From: Geosiphon pyriformis uo1
Taxonomy: Eukaryota > Fungi > Glomeromycota
Direction: 5' to 3'
Length of the DNA stretch: 64,000 nucleotides
NCBI GenBank assembly: GCA_016748015.1
Contig: JAAOMT010000594.1
Span: forward strand, 124,001 to 188,000
Shown: positions 1 to 13,186 of the stretch, piece after piece
Numbering within the stretch: position 1 is the first letter of the stretch
How the letters are laid out: every line of letters begins with the position of its first letter
Translations under genes and position numbers: made by a program
The notes under the pieces: generated by a model
Database searches by the model: none
The model's input: only the letters and a program-made list of their open reading frames with translations
Told to the model about the DNA's origin: nothing

Positions 1-657
1 CAGTTGAGGTGGCAGTGATTGAAATCCTAATGGCATCAGCAATTGAGATTTAAATTCTTCAAAATACTCATTGTATAGTTCTAATAGATCTTCTTTCCTT
101 TGTTTACTTTGGAATGGGAAATGTCCAAATACTGATGTTGCATTTGATGTGGACACATCTGTTGATGATATATTGATGGCACTTCCAGGGGTATAGTGGT
201 AAGATGGGTTGTTTGGAGACTTAACTCTAGTTTTCTTCCAAGTGGGTGGTTGTATCCTTTGAGGTGTTACTGCTGGTGTTTGTAGTTTTTTTTTGCCTTT
301 ATTTGTGTAAGTAATTGGGTATCTTTGCTGTGTGTGGTGTTTAATTTCTTTGTTGATTTTAGTGATGATGGATGCAAAATTATGATTTGTGAGTAGGCTG
401 GTGTTTTGAATTAATTCATTGTAAAAAGTTTCTTTTACTGATTCAATATTTACAGATGTTCCCAACAGATAGGCAATTTTTTCATTAACGTAGAAATTGA
501 AAGCTGATTCTGCTGATATGTGATTATGGATTAATTCCAAATGTTGACAGTAATGTTAAAAAAAGAATTTCGCAAATTCTAGATGATTTGCTCTGACGTT
601 TTCTGATTCTGTCACTTTTGGATGGGGTTGTTGGTACTGGTTCTCTGTAAGATTATA
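1..657 (-). mobile_element. Degenerate LTR retrotransposon internal region (gag-leader/gag-like), continuing off the left edge
   Basis: Interrupted minus-strand frame ...ANHLEFAKFFF*HYCQHL...SAESAFNFYVNEKIAYLLG...QRYPITYTNKGK...QTPAVTPQRIQPPTWKKTRV lies directly downstream of a PBS and an LTR. Confidence 0.75.
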
Positions 658-674
658 CCTCATAGGAAGCACCA
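658..674 (-). promoter_or_regulatory. Primer binding site (PBS)
   Basis: Minus strand reads TGGTGCTTCCTATGAGG 2 nt after the LTR end, complementary to a tRNA 3' end ...CCUCAUAGGAAGCACCA (tRNA identity not determined). Confidence 0.75.
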
Positions 675-676
675 AA

Positions 677-1524
677 TGTTATAGGTGACTATTTCTGGTG
701 TTGGATTAAATAACAAAACCTGTAACTTGGTGCTAAAAGTTATTCACATTGATGTTAATAATTTGAAGGTTTTGTATCTGAAAGTTTTGGTTTGAGTTCT
801 TTGTATAATGAACAGAAATTCAATAGTTGTTTTATTCATAGCTTCCCAGAATCGCAATTTTGTTAATTTTTCTTTTGGCGTGATGGCCAGCAATCCTCTA
901 GTAAGTATTCTGTATCTTCTGTACATGTCCTACCCTCTCACAAGGGTCTTTTACCAGACAATCCTTGACATTAGTAATCTAGCACTTTATTCAACCAATT
1001 AGTGCACAACAATAAAATCAAAAATCAAAATAAAGAAAAGAAATAAAAAAAAATAATGAATAAGCCAAGGCAGTTTTGCAAGTTAGTATCCTGTCGATAG
1101 CCATGATCAAGAGCTATTGTTCTAGTGTGTTTAAGTATCAATTACTATCAACATGAAGTGTTGATAGTGGAATTAGGTTTGAGATACCAAATGGTTATTT
1201 ATTGTGTTTGAAAGGTTGTCTAGATGAAATCTAAACTGGAAGGTCTATCTTTTTAGCTTTTAATCCTACTGCTATATATACATAATTGAGATTCCTCAAT
1301 TCCTCAATTCTTCACAACAGGAATCCTGAGATTCCTGGAATTCTGTAATTTCTTTGAGAGGAATCCTGGAATTCTGGAATTCTGCAATTCCTTGTGAGAA
1401 TCCTATAATTTCTGGAATCTTGCAATTTCTAAGAGAAATCCTGGAATTCCACATTTTACTATGTCTATTTCTGATTGGTTAATAACTATGCTAATATATA
1501 TTTCCTATATTTCTATGAGTAACA
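677..1524 (-). repeat. 5' LTR (848 bp) of the left-edge LTR retrotransposon
   Basis: Ends are TGTTA(677)...TAACA(1524); it abuts the PBS, and LINE ORF1 sequence starts abruptly at 1525. Confidence 0.75.
1286..1450. repeat. Degenerate tandem GGAATTCT/GAATCCTG motif array inside the LTR
   Basis: Repeated ggaatcctg, ggaattctg and caattcct units. Confidence 0.7.
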
Positions 1525-2305
1525 CTGACAAAATCATATGAGAGAAAGAACTACCAGCAACCTGGGCCCAAGTTTTCCCACCAAAAGAAACTGGACAAAC
1601 AATTGGCACCTGTTTTTTTTATATATATTGGCCAAATAGATCTGATCCTGAGAAGTTACCACCCACTTACCATAAGCACCAGAATTCTTACCCAAAAAAC
1701 ACACTGTAGAGATATAACCAAACTGTTTACAATAAGCACAATAGGTTAAAGAAAAACCAGCCCAGCATAAATTCACACTCTTAAACACTGGAGTAGAATC
1801 AATAGCAGTCAATTTAGATGTTTCATCAACAAAGCACACAATCACACATCTATCATGCACATATAAACTGGGATTATGTCCAATGAAACAGGTTTTCCCA
1901 CCATATGATTCAAACAAATTAGAGAGATCATGAGCTGTAGTACCAGCTGGAAGAGTATAAAGTAAAGCCCAATGTAAATCTCTAGAAACCCATGATTGTT
2001 TATTATCAATGGCCTTTGTTACATGAACAGAATTCTTTTCCATAAAAACAGACCATCTAGCTGTGACCAAATTAGTTATTTCAGATGATTCATAATTAAC
2101 CAATGCTTTCTGCCACAAACCAATCAATTGTATCTTGATTGATACAATCTTGCTAAATTTAGAAAAAACAGATTCTACAACCAATTTGAAAAGATTGACT
2201 GAAATCTTCTTGACAACAATTTCCCAATCCAAACAACTGCTTGGCTTCCTAACATTATTGTTTACCAAAAATTTTTCACAGATTACCATTTCTTTAGTCT
2301 TATTT
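1525..2305 (-). mobile_element. LINE B, downstream part of ORF1 (RRM-like domains + CCHC knuckle), truncated by the LTR element
   Basis: ORF 1534-2289 contains IVVKKISVN...IQLIGLWQKALV, ALLYTLP and CAYCKQFGYISTVC. It continues the frame that ends ...ELSLNKTK at about 9115. Confidence 0.85.
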
Positions 2306-5300
2306 TTTTTTTTATTTCGTTTAACGAGTGCAGCCCAACCACTATCTAGTATACAAATACAAGGTAAGTGAATCTAACTAAATGTGGCTCATGCATTTGC
2401 TACATGTAACTAGCCACTCAGGCCAATTTAGACAACACTATACACTTATGTAAACTTTGACACTATCACAAATACCAGAAAAAAAAGGCTAGCCTTGCAC
2501 AAACCAAAACTGATGGCAAACGCTTCATCAATTCCAAGAAGACAAACAATTCCACCAGACAAATGTTTAATAGAGTCAGCTGAAAGACCAACAGGAATTT
2601 CTAAAGCACAAACCAAACCACAATGTTCTATGTCCACTCTAAACTTAGTCCTGAGTAATCACAAACCACACTGGTGTTTTTCTGCCAGGCGTCGAACAAA
2701 ATCAGCCACCATCAAAACAGTCCAATTACAATTCTTAAAATGTGCAGTAGCTTCATCAACCTATTCTCTTAGTACAAAGCCTTTACACAATTGCATATAC
2801 ACTCCTGAATTATGACAACTAGCAAGCAGAGTATGCAACATAGAAGAGGATGCCAAAGAACAGTTCACTAGCAATGACTTCCACAAAATGGTCCCACCCA
2901 ACAAAATATCAGCATGCACAGCTGCCTCACTTTGACAAGTAAACACATGATTTGACAATTCAACATCACCACACATCAAACAGAGAACCCCAGGATAACA
3001 TTTATCATACAACTTTTTATGAATGGCAACTGGTAACTTCCTATGGACCACCTTCATTAAGTAGATACAAAGAACAGCTGAAGCTTGGCTTGTAAAGCCC
3101 AACAGCATGTGGGAGTTCAAGTGCCAAACTGAAGCTGTACACTTCCAATCAACCCTCACAATCAAATTTTTATTGATCACCACAGAGCCAGGACCAGCCT
3201 TCCATTGAACATGACAGATAGACCTATAAATATCCCAAACAAAATATCGAGCATTGCCTGAAACAACCTGATCACAAGCCATAACGTACTTTTCCCAAAC
3301 ACTCATAGGAAGAAACAAATTGGAGTGAGTGGCGCGTCCAGCCAAAGCATTGGTCTTGTCATTGTAAGCATCACCTGAATGGCCTTTCACTTTCACCCAC
3401 CCAATAGAAAGGTCCTTATCCTCAATCAACTTGCGAATATAATGCCTCTCCACCCAAAATTTGTTCTTGAAATTAGGAGCAATTAAACCCAATTCTGAAG
3501 CACACACATTAATAGTAGCTTGACTATTAGTGTTAATAACAACCAAACACAAAAAAGGAACACATTCTAGTGCCAAGACAACAGCATGAAGTTCAGCCAT
3601 AGTAGAAGAAAGCAACCCACTAACCTTAATGCCAATACTCATACCAGCATCGGGAAAATAAGCTGCAGCCCCACCCACAACCTTGGCAGTGCCCAAATGA
3701 GACAGAAAACCATCAATATATACTGCGAAGGCATCAGACCAGGATTTATGTAAATGTTCCTGAACAACCAAATATCTTTCCAAATCAAAAAAGTTTGAGC
3801 CACCAGAAACTGTGGACAGACCACCAGGAATGAAATGGTGACCATCCATGTATGCAGAAACTTTGAAGTACCACAAGGGTACAGAACCTCTGGAACTTAG
3901 TCTTTTCCAGTGGCAAAAAGTCTTCTAACTGAGAACTGATCCATCTTTGCCCAATAACCTGTCACCAAAGGCAACACCAAAACACTTTAAAGAAGGAACC
4001 ACACCAAAATAAAAAGAGCTACCCAAGATTGTCAACACAAGGAAACGACCAGCACCACAAAAAGCACAAAGCAAATTGTTGGCCAGATATATATCATTGT
4101 CCAAAAAAATTCTAACCATACCAGTGAGAAAATTGTTAAAGAGACTAACCCTCAACTTAACAGAATGTCGCAAAGGGTTTAACGGAGCCCATCCTAATAT
4201 TTGTAGATCCAAAAAATAGTGTTTAAACAAATGTCCCAGAATATCAGATGCATTTAAGAACCAAACCAATAAAGCCACCTTCTCCTCAGCCTGGATCTGT
4301 TCAAAAGTCCTTACACCATAAAGGGAGGGATGATGTAAAGCCTCACTGGAAAAATCCCGAGACAAATTCACTTTAGATTTGAGACTCTTCCTCAGCATAA
4401 CATCTCATTTCAAGCAGACATTCTTAGAAACAAAGCTGAATTGTGTGCAATAGCTGACAATAGGTTGCAGGACCAAAGACACCAAGTACACAAATTGTTT
4501 ATCCGTCAAAGCTTTCTTGAGAACCATATTGGAAAAGAACCTGATATCCAATTAAGCTTTGGCTAAACTGGGCTTAGACAACCTGTTTGTTGACAAAAAA
4601 ATGCTCAGATATCTATGAGCCTCACCCTGTTTAGCAATAGAGATAAATAGTCCATTAATATGCAAAGATGCATCCAAAACCCTTTTGTTGATAGGAATTG
4701 CCATAGTCTTTTCACTGTTAATTGCGATATCATTGATTTCAAAAAATTTGCCTGCAATATCCAATATATGTTGCATTGATGCTTGACCATTACCAATCCA
4801 GATAGTATTATCCACAAATACACCTGCTGCAAAAAATAAAAACTGACCATCACTAGACTCAATATAGCCAGATTTTGCTACAAAGTTGGTATTAATTCTG
4901 TAACCATATAAATGTTTATGATTCTTAATCTTACACAACAAAGGGTCATAAAAAATCCTCCACAAGAGAGGAAAGAAGACTTCTCCTTAATCTAAACCAT
5001 CCAGCACACAGTATCTATCTGAAAGGCCAAAATCAGTTATCACTCTATTAATCCTGCCCACATATAAGTTTCCAAAAAATGACACAAATCTGTTACACAT
5101 TTTGATCCACTTCAAACTGGCTTTCAACTGCTGCCACTCAACAGAATTATAGGCCTTATGCATATTCTACAACACCAACCAAACCTTCCTATTTTTCTCC
5201 AGAGCATCTTCCATGATCGAACCAACAGCAAAAACTGGAGATTAAGTGGAAGTACCCTTCAGGACTGAGAAATTGTCATCCCGGAGAACACCAAATCTGG

Positions 5301-8300
5301 AACAGACTGAAGAAATATAGTTAGACAATAATTTAGAGAGTATCTTTCTGGCTGTCTCAATTAACACAATGGGCTTTGTATTTGTAAGAATGCCATTCCA
5401 TTCATATGGTTTGGGGATCATAGAAACCCAAGCTTTTTTCCAAAGGGCTAAAACCTCACCAATATTTAGGCAAGAATTTAAGAGACTCAAAAAACATTCA
5501 AGCATATTATCACCACAATGTTTCCATAGCTCATTAGAGATACCAGACAGGCCAGCTGCTTTGCCATCAGATAGATCCAAAATCACATTTACCAATTCAC
5601 TGAAATGAATGTTATTCATAACATCAGAAAAGGCATCATCTTTTACATAATCCAAAGGCGCGTATTAGTGGGCCCATCTGGAAGGCATCACTAAAGGTGA
5701 AATACACTCCCTCGTCCAATTAACCATGATACTGTTAACCCTGCTTTTCACCTCAATTGGATCCAAAACCAGTTTATTGCCTATGACCAAATGGTCCAAA
5801 ACAATCTTATGAAAAGACCGCTCCAAAATACTCCTAATCATGCCACCTTTGTTAGAACTGAAATTTTTCATGTGTTTATTGATGGCACTCTAGATCACTG
5901 TATCTTTTGTCACTCTGGATTCATAATACTTAGACTTCCTATAACACTTTTTAATCTGAGACAGATACTTGAACACCTTCACCAAATCAGTCCCATTTTG
6001 AACCAAAAAATCAAACTTGAAAGTCTCTTTATAATCAACCAGAAATCACTTCTTGATTAGATGATCACACTTATCACCTGTATTCAAACTCTTGACGACC
6101 TTAGCCACCAACAACTCAAGTCCAAGGAACCTCGATGAATGTCTGTTTTTTGAACAGTCAAATTTGCTAAACCAGCACCTAGAAAATATAGTATTAGCAG
6201 CTCTTACCATAACTTTACACAATATGTCCCACATCTCATCCAGATTACTGAGAACCTTAGCACTCAGAAAACTGCCTATGATCAAGGAAAGAGCAGCAGA
6301 CACATTATCCCTAAACTGTAACCATTTAGAAGGGTCAGCATCCTTAAAGTCAAACTTCCATCTGTCTCTGTTGGCCTGTTTGTGAATACTGTTTAGCTAA
6401 GCATCAAGAAGACCCCCCAATCCAATTGAAACTGAAATCATCTTATAATCCATGTTGAAAAACTCCGTAACCATGCCAATGTCCCACTTTATCAGAGCAG
6501 AAACTAAGTTTTCACTGGCAAAAATATAATCAATAACTTTTTTCACACCTCTGGAGTTGTTCCACATAGGTGAACTAGCCAAAAAATGTCCTTTGAAAGA
6601 GTTAACAAGACTTAGATCTGTGCATTTTCTGAGACTAGCACTTTTCTTGATATTTAATTCATTGAAGTCCCCACCCAAAATGACAAAAGAGCTTGAGTTG
6701 ATAGCACTAGCAATCAAAAAGTTGACAGCAAGAGCCTGACCAAATTGCACACCAGCAGACGCATTTGCATAGATACCCAAGATTGTAACCGAAAGTTTGC
6801 CCTTAAACAAAAGCCTAATTGAAATCAACCAACTAGGAATTTCATTGATCTTTGAAACATGCCAAGCCACAGAAAAGTTCATAATAACAGCCACACCAGC
6901 ACCAGAAGAATCTGTATCAAGCCTTGATGTGAAAATACGAACACCAGGAAACTTATTCATGATCCATGGCTTAACGCCAGATTTTAACTTTGTTTCTGTA
7001 ATGATAAAAATGTGATTTTCAGAGTCCATGTGCCATCTAACTACATCATCCTGTTTGGCAGGAATGTTCACACCCCTCACATTATATGTCGCAATTCTCC
7101 AAACTAAACTGTTTATTGAGATAAAGAAGAGACCACAGAACCTGAACCAGCACACATCTGATCTAACTTCTCCAATACCAAACAAACCAAAGCTTTGAGA
7201 GCCATCAACTTTGACTCCAAACAGCCCATTTTTGAAGTTAAAATTTTTGAACCACTCGAACCCAAATTCGAGACACCAGAGGAAACCGAAGAGGGAGAAG
7301 AAACCACAGGCTTAGAATCATCCAGAACTATATCTGAACCAAATTCCACATTTGCTATAACAGAGATAATCAAGGGCTGAGAAAAGGAGATGAAAGTCAT
7401 GGGCACCAGGTTTAAATCATTAAGTTTGTGTACAATACCAGACACCTTATCTGTAAGAAGTTCCAAAGAACGCTCCAAAAAAATGAGACGAGTCTCCAAA
7501 ATTGAATAAACAGAAACTACAAAAGACAAGTGACCAATCACACCTGAGGCACCAGAAGAGGAGCCAAAACCAGACCCAGAACTAAAGTGAAGACCATTAG
7601 ATAAAGATATCAGAGAAACAACCTGGGCCCATGATTTGCTGCCAAAAGCAGCCAGTCGAGAAATAGGCACACTCTTTTTTACACACAGCTTGGCCAACTG
7701 AAAGTGGTTCTCATCAGAGACAACCCTTTTAAATGACTTGGACAGTTTAGGAGGAGTTGAGATTTCAGCATTACACTCTAGAACAGAATGACCAAGTTTC
7801 CCACATTGTTCATACCAAACTAAGTCCAATCTAGCCCAAGAAAGTCTCACTCCACCAAAAATAGGCTCCATACGAAATGCAGACTCCAATACCTTGTCAT
7901 TCTCAAAACAAACCACAGCACAATGAACTCTATTACCAGTGTCTAAAGATCAATTTATGACACAAGTTTTCTCACCAGCTCCTGCCAAAAAATTACCAAG
8001 ATTATGAGCTGTTGTTCCCACCAGCAAAGTAAACAAAAGCGCCTTATACTGATCTCTAGATGCCCATGTTTTATAATCCCCCACAGTCTTGGTCACACAC
8101 ACTGAATCTTTCCTGATCAAGAAAGACCACTTAGCTGCCAACTGATCTGCCTGACTCGATTTGGTAAACTCCATTACAGTCTTCTGCCACAGCCCAATAA
8201 GTTGCAATTGGATTGACACCACTTGACCAAACTTAAATACTGCAGCAACAATCATGTCATTAGGCATATCCATGGGAATTTCTTTGATTACCACAGCCTG

Positions 8301-9111
8301 ATCTGAGTGAAGTCCTTGTTTTTTTACATTGTTGTTCACAATGATCCCTTCTTTTTTGGCCAATGATGCAGCTTTTCTCATGTTCTTTTCAGAAGTAAAC
8401 ATTAATCGAATGATTCCTTCAAATTTTGAGGGGGTAGTGGCCCCCCCAAAACCATTGATTTTCGAAAATAATTTTCTGATGACCTGAGTTTTGGCCGTAG
8501 CCAATTTGCCTTCCACAGCTGAGAGATTAATGTTCAGAGCAAAAGATTTTTTCACAGCAACTTCCATCTGAGTTTTGACTATTTTGGAATCTAACCACTT
8601 TTTTTTCAAAGAAATATCAAGAAGGGGAGAGAGAAAACCACCATCATTGTCATCCATGTCATAATCCAGAAAACCAAGAGGGGAACCACAAACCAAATCA
8701 TTTTTAACTCTCTTTGTCTTAGGAGTTGTAGCAGCTGAACTGAGAAAAGACTTATTACTACTACTGATCAGGACGTCATCAACAATACCACTATTAAAAT
8801 CACTTTCCATATCAGAGTACATGCCCCCATTAGAATGAGGTTTGGCCAAAAAAACACCACTTTTAACACCAGAATGCTTAATATTACAAAGAGAAACCCT
8901 TTTTTTTTGTGAAAAAAAGCCACCAACAGGACCAAAAAAAGCACTTAAGGGGGCTTTTGAACCTGATGAACTGCCACTAGAGACAGCCTTCATATTCACA
9001 ACAAATGGGTTGTGTATAAAAGAAATAGTGAAATAAAACAGATAGAAAAAACAAAAAACTTTTTTCAAAATTGTGATCTTCAGGAAATTTGGGATGTATG
9101 AGAGAAAGAAG
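2306..9111 (-). mobile_element. LINE A: full-length, mutationally inactivated non-LTR retrotransposon (ORF1 RRM/CCHC; ORF2 APE endonuclease-RT-RNase H-CCHC)
   Basis: Motifs: APE (TYNVRG, ETKL, LGGDFN, IDYIF), RT (GKAAG, PIVLIE, FVDNT), RNase H (YIDG, AELHAV, VKGHSG..N), CLMC..H...C. Poly(A) at about 2303-2313; 17-bp TSD at 2289-2305 / 9112-9128 with one C/T mismatch. Confidence 0.95.
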
Positions 9112-9967
9112 TTTTTTTAGTCTTATTTAAGCTTAATTCTGAAGTAAAAGAAGATCTGATGATTCCTGAAAATTTTAAGAAAGCAGAAGCTCTCCCAAAA
9201 CCATCAACCTGATAAAAAATTTTTTTAATTAAAATTAACTTGACATTAACAGTTTTTCCAAAAATAGCCAAAAGCTTAACATCTAATGTGAATGATTTTA
9301 CTGGCTCGAAACACCTCTTTTTCAGAACACATGACTTGCTACTTGGCAGCTAATTGAAATCTTTGAATTTAAGAGAAAGAAGCTTCAGAATGTCATTGAT
9401 GTTACTTGTATTATTGAAGGAAGGTTTCTTTGGCAGATGTTCTAACACATATGTTCTCGTCCATGTTTTTCTTAAAGTCATGTCATTAACCATATTATTA
9501 GTTTCGGAGTTATTGGAATTCACATAACTTATTTCCTCTGCCATTATGTTGTTCATGTTTTCTATGTTAGACACTTTATTAATACTAGCATTCTTGTTTT
9601 TCACTTTACTATCCCAAGACATCTTGTGTTTCAGATTGCTAGTATGTAGAATGTCATCAGGAATAAGACCAGCCAACAAATTCATTACACCACTAGAAGT
9701 TCCAGGATTTTTAGACTTCTTGTATAAAAAACCACAAGAGTATACACTTTCAACACATGTCTTTTTTTTATTATTAGACTGGGTTCCCAACCCAGCCAAA
9801 ATAGAGCTCAAATCACCAGCAGATAAGCCCACTGGTTCCATTGTAACAAAGAAAAGAAAGTCGGAAGAAATAATTAGAAAGAAAACCAAAGAAAAAAGGA
9901 AAAGACAAATTAAATTTCAACAAAATATTGCTCTTATTATGGTTAGGGAATTGACAAGAGAAAAAAG
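9112..9967 (-). mobile_element. LINE B, 5' UTR and upstream part of ORF1
   Basis: ORFs 9350-9889 (MEPVG...KKKTCVESVYS) and 9080-9271 are homologous to LINE D ORF1; shares the 5' hairpin with D. Confidence 0.85.
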
Positions 9968-9999
9968 TTTTTGTCTTTTTTTTTCAATCATAAAATTTT

Positions 10000-10791
10000 A
10001 TAATAATTAAATTATAATTTTAATATAAATTATTTTAATTTTAATTTTAATAATAATATTAAATATTAAAATAAATATTACTTATTTAAAAAAATTTTAA
10101 TAATTAATAAATGTTTTTTAAATATAATTAAAAACAATAATATTTTTTAATTAAGCAATATTATTATGTAATTAATTAAAATTATGTGTTAAAATTAATT
10201 GTTTTAAAACTGGTAATGATTAACCGAAATTATTTATATTAAATAATTTAGCCAAAAAATAAATATAATAAACATATTGTTTTTTTACTGCATTAATTTT
10301 TTTGGCCATTTAAGTAATAATAATAAAAAGCATTAAAAAAATAATAATTTGTTACTTGTTTGTAGTTAAAAGTTCTTGAATTTTTAATAATAATAGTAAT
10401 AACACTAAAATTATTCTTAATAAACTGTTTTAAAAAAAATTAAAAAGAAAAAAACTTTTAACCAAAAACAATAATAGTGTTTTTTTAGCTACTAAACTGT
10501 TTAATTTTTTTATTATTTAAAAAATGTGTTTTTGTAAAGCAGTATTTAGTTGTTTTTATAATTTAATTTTTTTTGGATAGTTGCATTATTAAAAACAATA
10601 ATAAAAGTGATAATTGCTTTTTTTTTTACTTTAGTTGTAATCATATATTTATACTAAATATTCATAAAAAGTTTTTTATAACTTTTAATAATTTGTTTTT
10701 AAAAAAATTATTTTTATTATAAATAATATAAATTTATAAATTATTAATCATTTTAATAAAATTAGAAAATCTAACAAAATATAAAAATTAA

Positions 10792-10878
<87 letters not shown>

Positions 10879-11150
10879 AAATAGAAATTTTATTTTTATA
10901 ATTTGTAATTTATTTATATAAATTTATTATATATCTAATAAAAATTTTAAAATAATAAAGTTTATATTTTTTTTATGCATACGGTGCTATTTAAATACAG
11001 TTCATAATTGCGTTATTAAATAAGAAATGCCATTATATACATTAATAACAAATAAAAAAATAAAAAAAATAATTGTTTTAAAGCTAAAAAATAATGCTAA
11101 AATAAAAACTTATAATTAAACATGAAATTTTTTGTATATTAATTGTTGTC
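10000..11150. other. Extremely AT-rich block, probably a fully decayed transposon relic
   Basis: Almost no G/C and no ORF; same texture as the recognisable relic at 29.3-34.9 kb. Confidence 0.45.
10795..10877. repeat. (AAT)n microsatellite
   Basis: Uninterrupted taa/aat run of about 27 units. Confidence 0.97.
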
Positions 11151-11259
11151 TAAACTTTATTGGATAACAAATGTTTCCTGCCACTTTACCATTTTTGATA
11201 CATATTTTTAAATCCTCTGTTAGCTCTAATTCAATTCTTTTTTAAACCAATTTCTCCAT

Positions 11260-12085
11260 ATGCTCTCAGAAACCGCTGCAATTTTCGTTAATGAACCAAA
11301 GTATCGTGATCTGTTACAAATTGTTAAAGGATTTCGAAATGGCGCTGTATACGGTGCAAAAGTACGGTTTCCTCATGCTTTGGTGATGGCTTTTCTATTT
11401 CGAGAGGGCAGGTGCGTTGAAATTAATAATTAAAAGGTTTCAACTCCTTGAGAGCTTTGTTAATGGCCTTATCTTAGACTATTTTAAAATTTATCAATCG
11501 AGAATATTTTCTCGCTGACCCATTTACCTCCCGTCTGCTGATTATGCGGACAGCATAAAAGAAAAAATCATATGGATCTTTCGTGCTACAAAACAACATT
11601 CTCGCAATCTCGCTTTATTTGTCACAATATATAAGATGACGATGTACATGCAAAAGAAACTTTCTGGTGACAAAGAATACAGTTCTCATGCATTTTTAGC
11701 CGGACTTATTGGAGGGTATTTCGTTTTTGGGGAGAATAATAATATCAATCAACAAGTAAGTACTTTTCATTTTTATTTGATTTTGTCATCAATTCTTCTA
11801 TCCAAGTTTTTTTACATTTTTTTGGTGAATCCACCATAGATTGTCCTATATGTTTTTGCTCGGATTATGATTGGTCTTGCTAAGTTACCAGTAGCCCGCA
11901 AGATCATTGATGAACCAAGAAACACTTTTCCAATTTTCGCCTCCCTTACGTGGGGGACTGTAATGTGGCTCTTTCGTCATGAACGGAATGTTCTTCAACC
12001 TTCCTTGCAAGCTTCCATGCAATATTTATACTTAGATTCGAATAACTGGAGCTCGATCAAGAATCTTTTGTGGCACAATAAATAG
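11260..12085 (+). CDS. PXMP4: Peroxisomal membrane protein 4 (PMP24; Tim17/22/23/Pmp24 family); exons 11260-11411, 11554-11755, 11840-12085
   Basis: Spliced GT-AG frame gives KGFRNGAVYGAKVRFPHALVMAFLF, ATKQHSRNLALFV, AFLAGLIGGYFVFG, LQPSLQASMQYLY and LLWHNK. Confidence 0.93.
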
Positions 12086-12357
12086 AATAGTAAATAATAT
12101 AGATTTTGGGCAATTTTTCTCCGAACTTATCCATTTATGGAACTTCTACAGGGTTTATGTTCGCCCAATAACATATATTCTAGATTAACATTTTATAGGG
12201 AAATATGATTGAATCCTTTTAAAAACGAAACATCCAAACGAAATTTTTGGGTCTGCTAAAAGCACAACATATAAACAAGTCTGGCACCATTGACAAGAAA
12301 TTGGGAATGAAAGTTTGAAGAATGACACCAAATAGACACCCAGAAGAGCTTGATTTC

Positions 12358-13186
12358 TCATTTTGATTTATTATCGAGATTGTTTTTATGCGTTTCCAAA
12401 GCTTTTAATAAATTTTGTGGATTTTGGGAAAGCAATCTCACCATCTTCATGGCGGGAGAACTCATGACTCCTACCAATTCCTTTTGCAAGTGATGAAGCG
12501 CTGGCAACCTTGATGCCCGTTCAATACCTTCAAAATTTAACAAATTTGAATCCAACTTTCCGCCAAGAAGTAATAATTTTTTGTTCTTGTTAATTACGGA
12601 TAGCAAATCTGCAAGCAACGTAGGGTTTTCATCAATTGTACTACAGGTGATAATGCAAGTCGGCCCCGTAATCAAAGGCTTTAAATTAATGAAGGTGACG
12701 GAAAGTTTTAATATTGCTCGGAATATTCCGAGGCGAATGTAAAGAAGTTTTGCTTCCAGCCTCCCTAAAGCATTACGAAGTTCGACTTGTTCGGCTACTG
12801 TGAGGTTATTGTGCTGAAGTATAAGGACAAGCCGGTTGCAATGTAATTCGGCATAATATAGATTATGAAGATAATTACGTCTTGGAGGAAATGGCTTTCC
12901 CCAATTAGTGGTTGCTGGTCTTGGGATTACAATTGATTTAATTTCTTTTAAAGATCCGGCTGCTGTTCTTGGAAAAAAAAATTATCAGGATTAAGATTCC
13001 TCTGATACAAAGCATCATTTAAAGATTATGCATACAGCTTCTCTGATAGGCGTATGGGAGATATGTGAGTGGTACTTCCAAATTTGAGACTCTTCTGGTA
13101 GAAAAGTTTATTGTCTTGATTTTCAGTCCATAAGATTCACAAGAGGTGTGCCTCCGAACAAAAAATATACTTCTTTGAAGCAACAT
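12358..13186 (-). CDS. MRPL11: Mitochondrial large-subunit ribosomal protein uL10m (yeast Mrpl11-like); exons 13186-13036, 12962-12358
   Basis: Basic N-terminal presequence, LILQHNNLT...ELRNAL, GPTCI, LLLLGGKLD, LPAL..LQKELVGVMSSP. Confidence 0.85.

Noticed and set aside
1286-1450. Repeat array as CRISPR
   Set aside because: Eukaryotic LTR context, short degenerate units, no unique spacers or cas genes.
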